Positions 12,579-25,271 of a DNA stretch of 64,000 nucleotides are shown one piece after another. This stretch comes from Trichosphaerium sp. ATCC 40318 (taxonomy: Eukaryota; Protista; Tubulinea), in assembly GCA_038496445.1 (NCBI GenBank), contig JALMLS010000590.1:124001-188000 (forward strand). The letters are read 5' to 3'. The notes below the pieces were generated by a model, which worked only from the letters and a program-made list of their open reading frames with translations, had not been told where the DNA came from and searched no databases. A program made the translations under genes and the position numbers. Each line of letters begins with the position of its first letter. Positions within the stretch are counted from its first letter, which is position 1.

Positions 12579-14381
12579 TTACATATTATTTATTATCATA
12601 TCAGCTTTAACATTCTTGATACGACTAGTTACAACATGACTCTCAGACATAAATACAATATCATCTTGCTCTTCTTTATCAACACGCTCCTTAGACCAAG
12701 TCTCTAGATCACATCTGATCTCCTGAATCTTTGGGTGGAAATTCTGAGCAGAAATAGATTCATCCGTTACAAATGAGAAAAGCTTTCGAACAGGCATTGT
12801 CAAGATACCATGTTTTTTGAAGAAGATGGTGATTGTGTTACAATCACGTTTCAAAAAATCTAGAGCACGTGGATGTCTTATTTCAACCGCTTGTGATACG
12901 TCTATGATATATAGCTCGCCAGCATTATAAAGGATATTATAAGCTGATAAATCACAATGAACAAGACTATATCACAAAGTTAGTCACAAAAAAAAAACAG
13001 TTTGTATAACGTTGCAGTCGTACCGACTCTGGTGGTACATCTTATGCATAAGGCCAACACATTGAGCGTATAAAGCAGCGTGTTTATCCGTATCAAGATT
13101 AACATCACGTAACCTTGGGGCAGGAGAACCATTATTACCAATAAGAGTCATAACTACAAAGGGAGGGTTAGTGTATTTTCCGCAATATTTTTTTCTTTCT
13201 TCAAAACTTGGAAGTATTGTGGCGTACCTACTATGTGTTCCCTGACTAAGATAGGTCGAGGACAACGCACTTTAGCTTTAGATAGACGAGAAAGGTTTCT
13301 AAACTCTTTTTCCGCCCATAACTTGACAATCTTTCTTGGATGCTGCTTTCCAAAATTATGAACATGTTTGTATCTGTGATCATTCTCAAGGTATTGTGCA
13401 CGGTTCTTAAACTCAATTTTTGTAGTTTTGAATACCTTAACTGCACAGTATTCACCCTCAGGCGTCTTGGCATGGAACACACAAGCCTTCAGGTAAAAAT
13501 TAAAAAAAAGAGTAAAAAAGAAAAAAAAAAAGTATTCCTTTAAAGCGTACGTCTTTGCCTTGACTTATTTGACCACCAATGTCATCAATGGTGCCGTTAT
13601 TATGGATTTTAATAAGGAGAATTTGGCTCGCATTGTCTAGGCCGTTGGATGTCTCCCAAGCTAACAAAGGAAGTGAGCTTCAAAATCAAATTAAAATCTT
13701 TGACATTTTCAAAAAAAAAAAAAAAAAACCATTACCTTTATCCTTTGTTTGAACACCTCTCGCGTTACCACGGATTTTAGGAGAAACAGATGAAGGCTTC
13801 TTCTTCCTTGAATCCTTCTTGTACTCTCCAGATGAAAACCTACCGCCTCTACCTCGCCTAGAGTTCTTTCTTGAAGGACTTTGGCCTAATACAAGCTGAT
13901 TAACAAAAACGCGGTTAAACTCAATGAGTTGTACCGTAAACAACAAAGTCACCATGACTAGAACGCGGTGGACGCTTTTGAGGGGAAGCAGGCGGAGTGT
14001 TTGTAGAGTACAAAGAGACTTTCTGAAAATATGGCGTTCCGCGTGCGACAGGCTGTTCAGTGGGAACCAAGCGTTCTTGCTAAGCAATTGTCAGTATAGG
14101 GTAATCACAAACGCAAGATTACCTGCTGCAACGCGAGAGCTAGTTTCAAGTCTTCAGTCTCCTGTGCGGTGCTGCACGTATGCCCTAAAGCGAGTTAGAA
14201 CCGTTGTGAACTGATAGTTTAACTTACAAGCTGTATATTGAGAAACAACTGGCTTAGAGTACTCTTGCGCTTGTAATTTACGCGCTAGAGCCTCGTCTAC
14301 AATAATTTAAGTTGAAGACTTGAAGAACTTTCTTTTTCGTACCGTCGAAACGTTGATTTTGCTTTGGTTTTGTTTGTCCAT
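12579..14381 (-). CDS. RIOK3: RIO-family atypical kinase, RIOK3-like
   Basis: ISQGKDACVFHA, AVKVFKTTKIEFKNRAQY, PRKIVKLWAEKEFRNL, PAPRL, LVHCDLSAYNIL, IDVSQAVE..HPRALDFLKRDC; N-terminal DEALARKLQAQE. KVFKTT..EFKNR is RIO3-type rather than RIO1-type. Confidence 0.85.
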
Positions 14382-14483
14382 GTTTTTGCAGGTTAATTTG
14401 AGCTCTTTGCGACCAGGTGAAATTTTTAGGAGGGAAAGGTGTTTGTTGTTGTTTGCTTATTTTGATTGGATAGTGTTAACGAC

Positions 14484-14926
14484 TCAGACTGCAACTGAAT
14501 CGTAAAGGACAGGGATTAAAGTTATTTGCTTACTAGCAAAGAAAAAAAAGCCACATTTCACTGAAAACAACGCCAAGGAATAAAATGGGTATATTGCCGT
14601 ACCGGAACGATAGGGGTATCTTTCTGCAATTGTTGTGATGGTACTCTATCAATGCCACTAGCATCCGTTCTCCATTAGTTCCACTAGCACAGAAAACATG
14701 CTCGTACAATTGACCATCTTGTGTGACCTTCTCCGGCTTGTCAAACCACTCTTCACAATGTCTCTGACATTCCTGTCATTGAACCTCCTACTATCTCAAA
14801 GCATCACCTCACTTGCATACTCATTATCAATGAATTTCAACAAGTGACTAATGACACTTTCTCAAGTTTACAGTTCAGGTTCTTAGTGATGGTTCACCGC
14901 TTAAGAACCTTATGTACAGCAGACAT
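14484..14926 (-). CDS. Small hypothetical protein (~100 aa, 4 exons; not in ORF track)
   Basis: Hand-spliced MSA|NLNCKLEKSVISHLLKFIDNEYA|ECQRHCEEWFDKPEKV...KIPLSFR|KQITLIPVLYDSVAV* using GTACAT, GTGAG and GTACG donors; phase at the second intron not confirmed. Confidence 0.5.
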
Positions 14927-14951
14927 TAATAAACTTACATGTTTGATTTAG

Positions 14952-16351
14952 TTACATTAGGCAAAATTCTTTATTTGTTTCTTCAAGGTATGGACGAAGA
15001 ACTTTATATATTTTCCGTGTAGTCCTAGTTTCTACAAGGTAAATTTTTTTGACACCAACAAGATGTTTAACTCCTTTATCTGTTACACCTGTGTAAGCCA
15101 AATCAATCCCGTATACTCCAGCTAATACTTTAAGGCAATCATCTGTTATTTTGGTTCTTGCAAGACCTATAAGATGGACTCCAGCAAGTGCTTTAACACC
15201 TTCATCTGTCACTTGAGTACTACTGAGATTAATTGCATAAACACCACCAGCCAATGTCTTTACACCTTTATCTGTTATACACGTATTGCTCAGATCTACT
15301 ATGCTGGCGCCAAACAAAGCTGTAACTCCATCATCTGTGACATTAGTGTATGATAGATCAATTGCATAAACTCCAGCTAGTGCTTTAACACCATCATCTG
15401 TCACTTTTGTCTCGCTTAGATTAATTGTGTGAACACCAGCCAATTCCTTAATTCCGTCATCTGTGACATCAGTACAACAAAGATTAACTGTGTGTGCACC
15501 AGCCAAGGATTTAATGCCATCATCTGTGATCAAATCACAGAAGCTTAAATCAATTGTATGAACACCGGCCAGTGCTTTAACACCATCATCTGTCACTTTT
15601 GTCTCGCAGAGATTAATTGTGCGAACACCTACTAGTGCCTTAACGCTATTAGCTGTAACGCTGGTGTAGAAAAGGTTAATAGTATGAACGCCAGCTAAAG
15701 CCATTAAACTTGTATCTGTTAAACAATTGCAACAAGCCAAATTAATTGTATGAACACCTGCAAGTGCCTTAACACCATCATTAACTTTTGTCCCATGTAG
15801 CTTAATCGTATGCACACCAACTAAGGCTTTAATACCATCATCTGTGATCAAAAACAGAGGCTTAAATCAATTGTATGAACACCAGACAATGCTTTAATCC
15901 CATCATCAGTTACATCAGTTCTGAAGAGATTAATTGTATGAACACCAGCTAGTGCTTTAACGCCATCATCATTTACTCTTGAATAGGAAAGGTTAATAGT
16001 ATGAACACCAGCTAAAGCCTTTAAACCGTTTTTAACACCGCTGCAATGCTCTAGATTGATGGTATGCACTCCTTGAATGTACTTCAAATGTTTCTCTTTG
16101 ATCCAGAACTTAATAGTTATTGTGTTTGTTTTGATGAGATGTGGCATCGTTTTGAATAGTTTTTTAAGCTTTCTTTTTGACGTGATTACAATCTCTCTTT
16201 TGTTGGTGTATCCCACGTGTTGTATTGCGACTGCTTGTAATAATTTTGAAGTATGTACCACTGACTGCATAGTTAACGTAGAAACGAACTGTAGAATAAG
16301 AATAATAACCTCAACAGGAATTTCATCGAAGAATGCGCTTGTCGACTCCAT
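14952..16351 (-). CDS. Intronless F-box / leucine-rich-repeat protein (frameshift at T5 run 15850-15854)
   Basis: FDEIPVEVIILILQFV F-box, then ~16 repeats of ~22-23 aa (GVHTINLSxTxVTDDGVKALA). ORFs 15848-16351 and 14952-15851 fuse if one T is added. Confidence 0.9.
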
Positions 16352-17597
16352 TTTATTCTCAACACAATTAATAGTTCGAAGTTAGTACATAGCCTCAGTG
16401 TTACTTCGATGCGAGAAAATAATGACGAAATTTTGATGACTTTGTCAACACGTGCTTTTTGCCAATCTACCGCTCAAAATAATTTGGTCTTAGCCACCAG
16501 CTACACCGTAAATTTAACATTCAAATGCCTTTATAGTTACTCGCCACCTAATCTGACAACAAGTGTCGTAGCAGTTTTTTCTTAAAATGAACCAAAAGTG
16601 CCTCAATATTACTTCTACAAGGGGAAAGCTTTTCGAACTAAACAGCCGAAACATATCCAGTTTTGTACGCTTGGCAAAAATAAAACCGCGAACCTTTTAC
16701 GCTAGTGTCTTTTATTCGAAGACAGATTACACCAATAAACTTTATTAACGGTTGAAAAGGCACACCAGTGAAATATAGAACTTTCTCAGTAACTTATTTT
16801 TTTTCCTTTATCTTCAAATGTAGCACTATTTTGTATGGAGGTATTTGTTTCTGTTTGATAGTAGTAAAGCAAGAATACTATAGCGTAGAAACATGGATAC
16901 GGCTAGTTGCTAATTTTTGTAAGAATGTGAGCTCTTATGTGTACAATCTTCTAACAGGTTTTCGTTTGGTAAGTCCTTTACAATTTACAATATGCAGGCC
17001 ACCATATACTGCGAGGTTCACTAGCAGTGGAGCTAGCGATCGCGTCAAACCCATCCCATGTAAGTTTATGTGTAGGCACGCAAGTAAGTACAGGAATGTT
17101 AGTGTTTAGTGGTACAATACGGAGGTTTTTTTTTTCCGCACGTGGTACACAAGTTCTGTATTTTTTATTTACTGGATCTTTCTTACTGATTTCGTTAAAC
17201 TTACCACTTGGACTTGCGATAGTACTAGCTCGCGTACTTTAAAAAGTAGTGCAGAATAAGAAAGCGACTCTAAGTACTACAGAATACTCGAAACAGTTCC
17301 AGGATATAAAATTCTTTGTACAATAAAACAATAGATTACCCGCTCTCCGAACCAACTAGCGCAGTAATGAATCACTCAACGCTAGTTTGAAAATTCGCGA
17401 CATGTATTCTGCTCAGTTTTCACAACATAAGTATCAGTGGCAACAACAAAAGAATCAAGTACGTAGTAGCAACGCATCGAAGATACTCGATCTTTGCGCT
17501 TTGTTTTTTTGGTCGAACATAAAGTCACATGTTGTGAACCAACACCGTTTTTTATGGTATCATTCCGTTTTTTTGTTTTTTAATCTCTTTTTAGAAA

Positions 17598-20500
17598 ATG
17601 CGAGCTACCCTTTTCGTGGTCTCACTGTACTTGTTTGCGCTAGTAAACGGTGCTTCAAGACCAACAGCGTCTGTACCTAACTGCGATGCTGCTTCTTCTG
17701 ACTGGGGATGTCCACGTGCCAGTTTCAGAGTCAGAAACAATGGAGCACTAGATAGACTAACTTGTAGAAAGACCCCAGAACCTCGCATGTCATGGGCACT
17801 TCAAGTCACCCGTAGCAACCGCTATACAACATGGGCTGGTCCAGAAAATGCTAAGCTTAACCAATATGTCCCTGACACTGTTATGGATATCAGTATCCGT
17901 GTCAACCACTACGACTTTAAGTATCGCGGTATACTCATCTACGCTCAGAATAATGCTGGCCAAAGAGTTGGTGAATGGATTCTACCACAAGAAGAGAACC
18001 GTAAGTTTTTGTACAACTTTTTTTTTCACGTGTTCTTTCTTACTTTTTAGTTCTCGTGTTGTGTATTGTCTACATCGCTTACTTTTTCTATAGCATACTT
18101 CCAGTTACCTTTCCCAAACTCTCATGCTTGCCGACAGAGTTTGATGCATAACACCGCCCAACTCAAACCTCTGACATCGACATGGAAGTGGAAGGCTCCA
18201 CCAAAGGGAACAGGAAGAGTGACGTTTCATTGTTTAATCAAGCAAGGCGATGCTAATACAGGCGCTTTCTTTTGGCCAAATGCAAACGCTGGTCCACTTA
18301 GACTCACTGAATCAGCAAAAGCTAAACCACGCCAAACGTGGTTCCAAACAAAGGTAAAACGGGTTTTTTGATATTTAGACTTTTTTTTGCTGTAGTTGTT
18401 GTGGCTTACTTTTCTTCTTAGAGAGGTCAATCTTGTACTGATAGGTGTGCTGAGGAGAACCTTCAATGTGACCGTGTTCATATGGAGCGTGTTAATAGCC
18501 CAGCCCGAATTCAGAGCCTCATCATTCCACAAAGCTTTCCTTGCCAACTTCCTTTTGTTAGCGGATGCAGCAATAAAGGTGTTACAATGGGTACTGACGG
18601 CCTATGCTACTACGATGATACGAGATGTGCAGCTCAAGGACGTAATAGAGGAGCAGTCACGTGCGAGTCAAGAAGTGGTGATGCCAGAATCGGGTATGTC
18701 TTAAAACTTTCTCTTTCTACATTGTTTTACTGACTTCTTTGGCTAGCTTGCGCTTGTGTAAATGTCTTCGCAATACTCTTCCTCCTGCTAATCCTGGAAG
18801 AACAGTCATTGCCGCTAGAGCTGCTGCAACATCACCTGCAACAAAATCAAGCGCCTCATTTGTCTTTATGGCTCTTGCTATCCTTGGCTTGACAATACGC
18901 TCAACAGGAAAGACAACTACATTAATCTTGGCTCTATTTCTCATCGCCTTGGTTTCCTTCCCATCTATACAAGCTCACAATTGGTCTACAAGTTTCTCTA
19001 GAAGCCAAAACATTGCCAGTACCGAAACACCTTGTCCACCAAGAAGAGCAGCTTCTCCTCACGTCCAAGTCAGTAGAACCCAACAATTCGAGATTGAATG
19101 GGCAACAGGCCACACTCAGCCTTCGTACTACGTCATAGTCAAAGCAGCTGATGAGCCAAGACTCAAATCAGTTACATTCGCTTTACTAGAGACTTACTTC
19201 AGAGAAGCGCCTAATGCTCGTTGCCAGAATCTGCCTGTATATCATAGACGTTTCAGAGCACGTGATGCTAGCTTCAACCCACATTCTCAGTTCTACAGTG
19301 GAGAGATTGGACGTAACTCACCTAATTTTATACCAAGACCAGAAGCTTTTGGCGATTGGAGAGATGACGCTAAACTATTCGGATACAAGAACGCTCTAGA
19401 AGTCAAAAATTACTGCGAATACACAAACAACAAACTCAACTTTGTTCTTGGTGTCTTCAAGTTCGAACATCATGCTCACAGACCTGCCGATGCTGATATG
19501 GTCAGACTTAAAATGCCAAGTGGAGCTCCTCTCGGAGACTACGTTATTCAATGGCTATGGAGAGGATACAGAGATTGTATAGATGTTAGCCTTATCAACA
19601 GAAATGTGGCTAATATTTACGGACTACCAAACCCTGCTGGAGGTTTCACGTGCGTACACTAAAACCAAATTCTGTTTTTCATTTTTGAAACGTTCGCGGG
19701 TTCTGACTGTATCTTTTTAGACGTATTGATCATTGTTACATCCCAGGTGCCCGTAACGTGTATGGTACGTAACTTTTAGTGTCATCAAGAACGACAATCG
19801 TCAGAAAATTATCAAAGTTGTACTTTCTTAAAAACTGTTTTTTTACTACTCTTGTTCCTTCTCCTTATGATTTTTAGAATGCCATAGAATATATAACAAT
19901 GTAGACATCTGTGAAAAGCAGTGCGGACAAAGACGCGGATGTAATGCATTTGTTGTTATGCCAAGACAACTACTAGCAAACCAATACAACGGTCAAGCAA
20001 ATCTCATTCCTCAACTATGTATAGATAATGTCGTTAACGTTGGTGAAAATCTAAGAAACGTTCAAATGTGTGTCACTGTACGAGGACGTATACCATCCGA
20101 GACTTTTGGATTAGAAGAAGTAGTGGCGCCAGGTGATCCAGCATACCCAATGACATGTTACGTCAAAGGAGCAGGACGGCTATTCCCTAACTACGTAACT
20201 CCTCCACTACATCAAGATATCCCATGGAGACACGGAACACAATGCATCTCTTGTGATTCTGTGAATCTTAACAAAAACACAACACGTGTACCTAAATGGC
20301 CAATGACGAACGACTGTAGAAACTGCGACTTGGAACCAAAGAATACAGCTCCGTACAATCCACCTAGACTTGTCTTGAGGAATGCTAAACGATACTGCGA
20401 TGGACACGTCACCTATGCAAACCTTGGTGGAGGTAAAAGACATCATACTTGCCCTGGAACCACGTGGAAACAGTGTAAGAAAGAAGTACTCATAAGAGGC

Positions 20501-20740
20501 CGTGCTACACCTTGGCACAACCGTCATTTCGGCAATGACTGTGCAGCAGCTGCTGCTAAAGATCCAGCATGTTCTAATATTGTCTACACACAGGATATTC
20601 CTACTATTACATTCCAAGGTAATCCTGCTCGAAGATGTTTCTGTATGGCGAAGACTGCTTGTTGCAATGGATGTAGAGTAAGAGCACCTAACGGAAATAC
20701 AAATATTTGGAATATTTGGACTCTCAATCGTGGTTCTTGA
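17598..20740 (+). CDS. Secreted multidomain protein: signal peptide - Reeler - Cys-rich - hydrophobic segment - internal signal-like segment - LPMO-like His-brace domain - PAN/apple-like Cys-rich modules (6 exons)
   Basis: Signal MRATLFVVSLYLFALVNG. Reeler motifs YRGILIYAQ..VGEW and WKWKAPPKGTGRVTFHC. Exons approx. 17598-18000, 18094-18352, 18422-18693, 18747-19649, 19720-19764, 19879-20740. SIQA/HNW..., WATGH, MPSGAPLGDYVIQWLWRGYRDCIDV. Confidence 0.8.
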
Positions 20741-21004
20741 GAAGACTGACAAGACAGCATTTTAGAAACAACACTCTTTTTGTAACACCAAATAAACAAT
20801 CAATCAAATACCTACTCATGCGTTTTATACCTTCCTTCAAGAGATACTGATACAACTTTTTGTGCCAAAAAACAATGACTTAATGCTATTTACGATAAGT
20901 ATTTTATGCTTTGATATTACAAGTTTATTTACAGTGCGCGAAAAAATGAGTATGTACAAGGGAGAGTGATTTTTCTCTTTTTTTTTTTTTTTTGAGAAAG
21001 TTAT

Positions 21005-23012
21005 TCATACATCACGTTTTATTTTTGGTGAAGAAAGAATACTTCTTAATTTCTGTAGTTTAAAACTACCAATATCATCGTCATGTTGTACAATAGGTAT
21101 TTCTATTTGTGGTACTTCATTTTTGTATACAACCTTTGCACGTCCAAATCCGTTAAACTCAGAAGCACAGCATCGAGTATCTGAAAGAAAAAAAAATAAG
21201 TTCAAAAAAGTTCATTCAAATTCCAAACAAAATATTGACGTACAAGCACCCATGTTTGGAAAACGTAATTGATCACCTGGTTCCAATACTTGGAACGGTA
21301 CATTTTCTAAAATCTTGTCTATCGAATCGCATGTAGGACCGTAAAAAGTGCTTTTGAATTGTTTGCTGTCTAAAGATTTTGGTAAGATTTTCTGGTTTAG
21401 ATTTGAATTGTTACCTTTTGGTTTAACAACCAATTCAGGTTTTGGTGTCTTGCTATCAAATATGATATTATTAAAGCAACCGTATAGACCTTCATTTAAG
21501 TAGTACATTACAGTATGTTCACCACTCTTATTGGTCTCCTACAGAAGGACTTTAGTATAAACAAAAATACGAGTATTTCATGTACCTCTCTTTTTCCGAT
21601 GACTGTGGCGATTACAGACGCACATGAACTGACCATGTAACGACCTGGTTCTGCGATAACACGCACTTTAGAGTACGCTTCTGGAAAGACCTCTGGGATA
21701 ATTTTTTTCAAACCAGTAGCGATCTAACATCGAGATAAGTTTTCATTACTCAAAATCTGGTATTACCTCTGGTAGAGTTGTTGCTTCTCCTTCCCAGTTG
21801 CCTGGAAAGCCCCTCCAATGTCTAGTAGAGAAAATTCTTCGAACCCATATTCCTGAGAGAGGCGTAAGCAATAGATCTGTACAGAGGTGTGATAGACAAC
21901 GTACCTCAGCCATGTCAAATACTTTTCTAACTTTATGAAGTGCCATTGTAAATGCTTTTGGGTCTGTTACTTTACTACCCACGTGAAAAGATACTCCGAT
22001 AACGTTCAAGCCGAGAGAAGATGCATGTGATAGGAGATCAGGTACATCTAGTTGATAAAGAGTTAACATTATTTGAGGAACAAGCGCAAAGTGCGTACCT
22101 CTAAAACGAGCTCCGAATTTATTGGATAGAGGATGCAAAGAATAAGAGTTATCTACTGCAATTCTCAATATCAATTTTGCTTCTGGGTGTATTGCTTTTA
22201 TCTTCTCTAGCTCGTATTTTGAGTCAAACACAAGTAAGTCAACCCCACACTCTGTAAGAAATATGTAAGAAAAAAAATCATTCTTCCGAAAAATAAAAAA
22301 AAGCAGTTCAAGAACCGTTAGCATAAAAGGACTGATGAATTCCTGATTTTAAAAATTTCTATTGAATGACTGATTTCTAATGTAAAAGTCCTTAAAAAGA
22401 ACCTGTAGTGCTCTTTGCATTTCGGAAAGAGAAGAAGGAACCATTTTCCAAAAAAACAAGAAAACAAAAAGTTGTAAGTTTAAAATATTAAATACCTTGT
22501 GCTTTCTTTAAATGAGAGTAAGGTTTGCATGGGTGTGCGTATACTATTCTGCTTGGATCCACACCAAGTGACAAAATCTGATAAGAACAAAAATGTTAAT
22601 CGATCGATCATAAAGCATTCAACAAGAATATAATCGTAACGTACGAGCTCTATTTCAGCTTGACTTGCGCAGTCAAATCCGCAATCAAGTTGTGCCAATT
22701 CTTGGCAAATACGTCGATCAGGATTACATTTTACGGCTATAAACAGTTAGAATACACTCTAGAGAGGTTATATAACAACATACCGTAATGCGCAGTGATG
22801 TTTGGAAGGTTTTCTAAAAAATACGTGTCAACGTTGATAAACTCAAGTAAAAACAGTTCTTTACGCTATAACTAGGCGAAATAGCGTTGTTTTGTAAGTG
22901 TATGAAATTCCTGTCAATGTTTACCTTTCCACTGCTTTTGCTTCTTCCGTACGTCCTCCAAGTCAACGACGTATAGAGGGTGGTCATCATTGTATGTTCG
23001 ATTATTGATCAT
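21005..23012 (-). CDS. ODC1: Ornithine decarboxylase (fold-type III PLP decarboxylase)
   Basis: HYAVKCNPD (PLP Lys), FDCASQAEI, KFGA, FHVGS, LDIGGGFPG, AEPGRY, YYLNEGLYG, YGPTCDSID, FPNMGAY, FNGF. Confidence 0.95.
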
Positions 23013-24182
23013 TGTTGTTGTTAATGTTGTTTTGTGTGGATTTTTTTGATGTTTTTTTGGATGTTTAAAATCCTTGACTTTATGGAAATGTCGTATTTTT
23101 TTTACGGCTAAAACTACCGAGTTTACCTTCTTTTTATGTGGTATGTAATTGTAGAAGTATAAAACGGAGAATAAAAACTTTGGATTCCATACAATTTCTG
23201 ATTCAAAAAATTTCTGGAATTCTAGTTCAATGACTGCTTCCTGACTTTTATTTCCTATTTTAGAAGGTGATTAAACAAGAACTAGCGTTAGAAAATACCA
23301 TTGATCCGTTATGTACTTGTAAAGGAAAAAAAAAGCTTAAGCTTATGAAATTGATGAGATCCGAAAGTTTTTTTTTTTGTGCTTTTTTTTTTGTTTTGCT
23401 TTTTTTTTTTGTTGATTTTCTAAACGATACCTATTTAGGAGAAACTTGGGGTACTTTTCGAAAATGTAAGAAATAGATAATGGTACAACTAGCGTGTATG
23501 TTGAGAATAAATTTTATGCCTACCCAACGATGATAGATGTCAGTAAACTCAGAAACTCTGATAGTTGTTGTTGAATTCTTTTGACACTTATACATCATTT
23601 TATTATCTTTTAGATAATCAACACAGTATCAAAGGATAGTAGAGATACATGATGTATAATTTTACTAAAATCTGTGTTTGCTGCGCAGTGTTTTTTCGCA
23701 TAAAAAAAAACGGTTATTTTTTTGGGTTTTTGAATTTTTTGAACGTCAAGTTTTTTGTGCTCCTGTGTTAGGAATTGCAGAGGTGCTTTTTAGGTTCTTT
23801 ATTTCGCCTAAACAATGTAGATTGAACGGAATTGCAGTAGATGCTAGACTCAAAAAGTGGGAACGAGATGGATATTTTCAAAAAAGTTGGTTGGTAAGGC
23901 CTTGCATTGTTTTCTTTCAAAGTGGACATATTCGATCGACCATTGTGGATACAACTTTGGACATTGCGACTATTTTATTGACACAAATTTTGACTGGTTT
24001 TTTTTTCCATCAAAGTTGTTCTTCTAACTGAGCTTCTGCTCGCTTTTATTGTATTTCACGTTTCACTAATATTACATAATAACATATACGAGATAATGGG
24101 CTATAGACAGGAACAAGAAGTGAAACACCTTAGCATCACTTGATGGTTGAACTACCTACAAAATATGCAGCTCTGCTTTATC

Positions 24183-24932
24183 TCAAATATCTAGAAGATA
24201 TGTGGTTGAACATCCTTCAAAATCTACTGCACCATTACTTCTCCACATCTTCACAGACCCTTTTTCCCTGTCACCAACCGTTGTATACATCCTACTATCA
24301 GACTGTTGACCATTAGGATACCAAGCTCTAAATTCTCCAACTGGCCTATCTCCTTTATATACACAGTGATCGCATCTAGACCCATCCACGTACCAAGACT
24401 CAACAACACCTTCCCTTAAGCCATTGACATAAGTCCCTTGTTTTAACAGCTCTCCAGACGCATACCAATGCTGGTATTTACCTTCTCTCAGCCCGTGGAC
24501 ACAGTTATAGTGCTCAGCAATCTGTCCATTCGGGTAATAGTGTGTAACTGGTCCGTGTTTCTTGTCATCAACGTAATTACATTCAAGAGCGATTGTACCG
24601 TTCTTTTGCCATGTTTTACATATTCCATGTTTCTTACCATGTGCGTAAGTACACCATTGTACCCCATTAGGCGTACGAAGCTTGTACAAGCCGTGTTTAT
24701 CAAGGTTTGAGTCAAAACGAGACGTAACAGCTGCTTGGTAACATAACAGCGGCCAATGCCTGAAAGCGAGTCTATCCGCCGAATGGATCAAATATTGAAC
24801 TTCCAGAGGCAAATCCAAGATATTAAAGCCACTAATAATAACAATCAACCTAAAATTTGCGTACAATGCGGTTTTTCGGTCTTAGTACCTTTCCTCCTCG
24901 TTAGGTGCACTTGTTTTTAACTCCTCACTCAT
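24183..24932 (-). CDS. F-box-like + MORN-variant (YwqK-like) repeat protein 1
   Basis: ILDLPLEVQYLI...WPLLCYQAAVTSRFDSNLDKHG, then 24-aa repeats GKKHG..W..NG; one 5' intron. Confidence 0.85.
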
Positions 24933-25271
24933 TTTAAATTATAAGTAATCGAGTAAAGATCTCAGAAACTAGTTGACTATTAAATCCCACTAAAGTTTAC
25001 CTGATTGGCTCGTAGTATCCGAAACATGTAGATTTCGGCTATTTTTCGTGTTGTAAACCAAAGCAAGTTTTTATTGTAGCAGCGTTTAGTGCTAAACGGA
25101 TCACTTAAATTATATCACGTGTTACTTTGACAATTGGCACCACGTTTTTTTTCCCAGTTTCAACAAAAATTGTATGGAAAGAGAAGAAAAAACCCAGAAA
25201 AGTAATTGAACGCTATTTAGCCTTATTAAACAAAACAAAACAAAGTACTTTTTATTTACAGGAACCCTTTC

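Noticed and set aside
23013-23200. Polyamine-responsive uORF upstream of ODC
   Set aside because: No upstream ATG in the ~90 nt of leader inspected; non-AUG uORFs cannot be judged without homologs.
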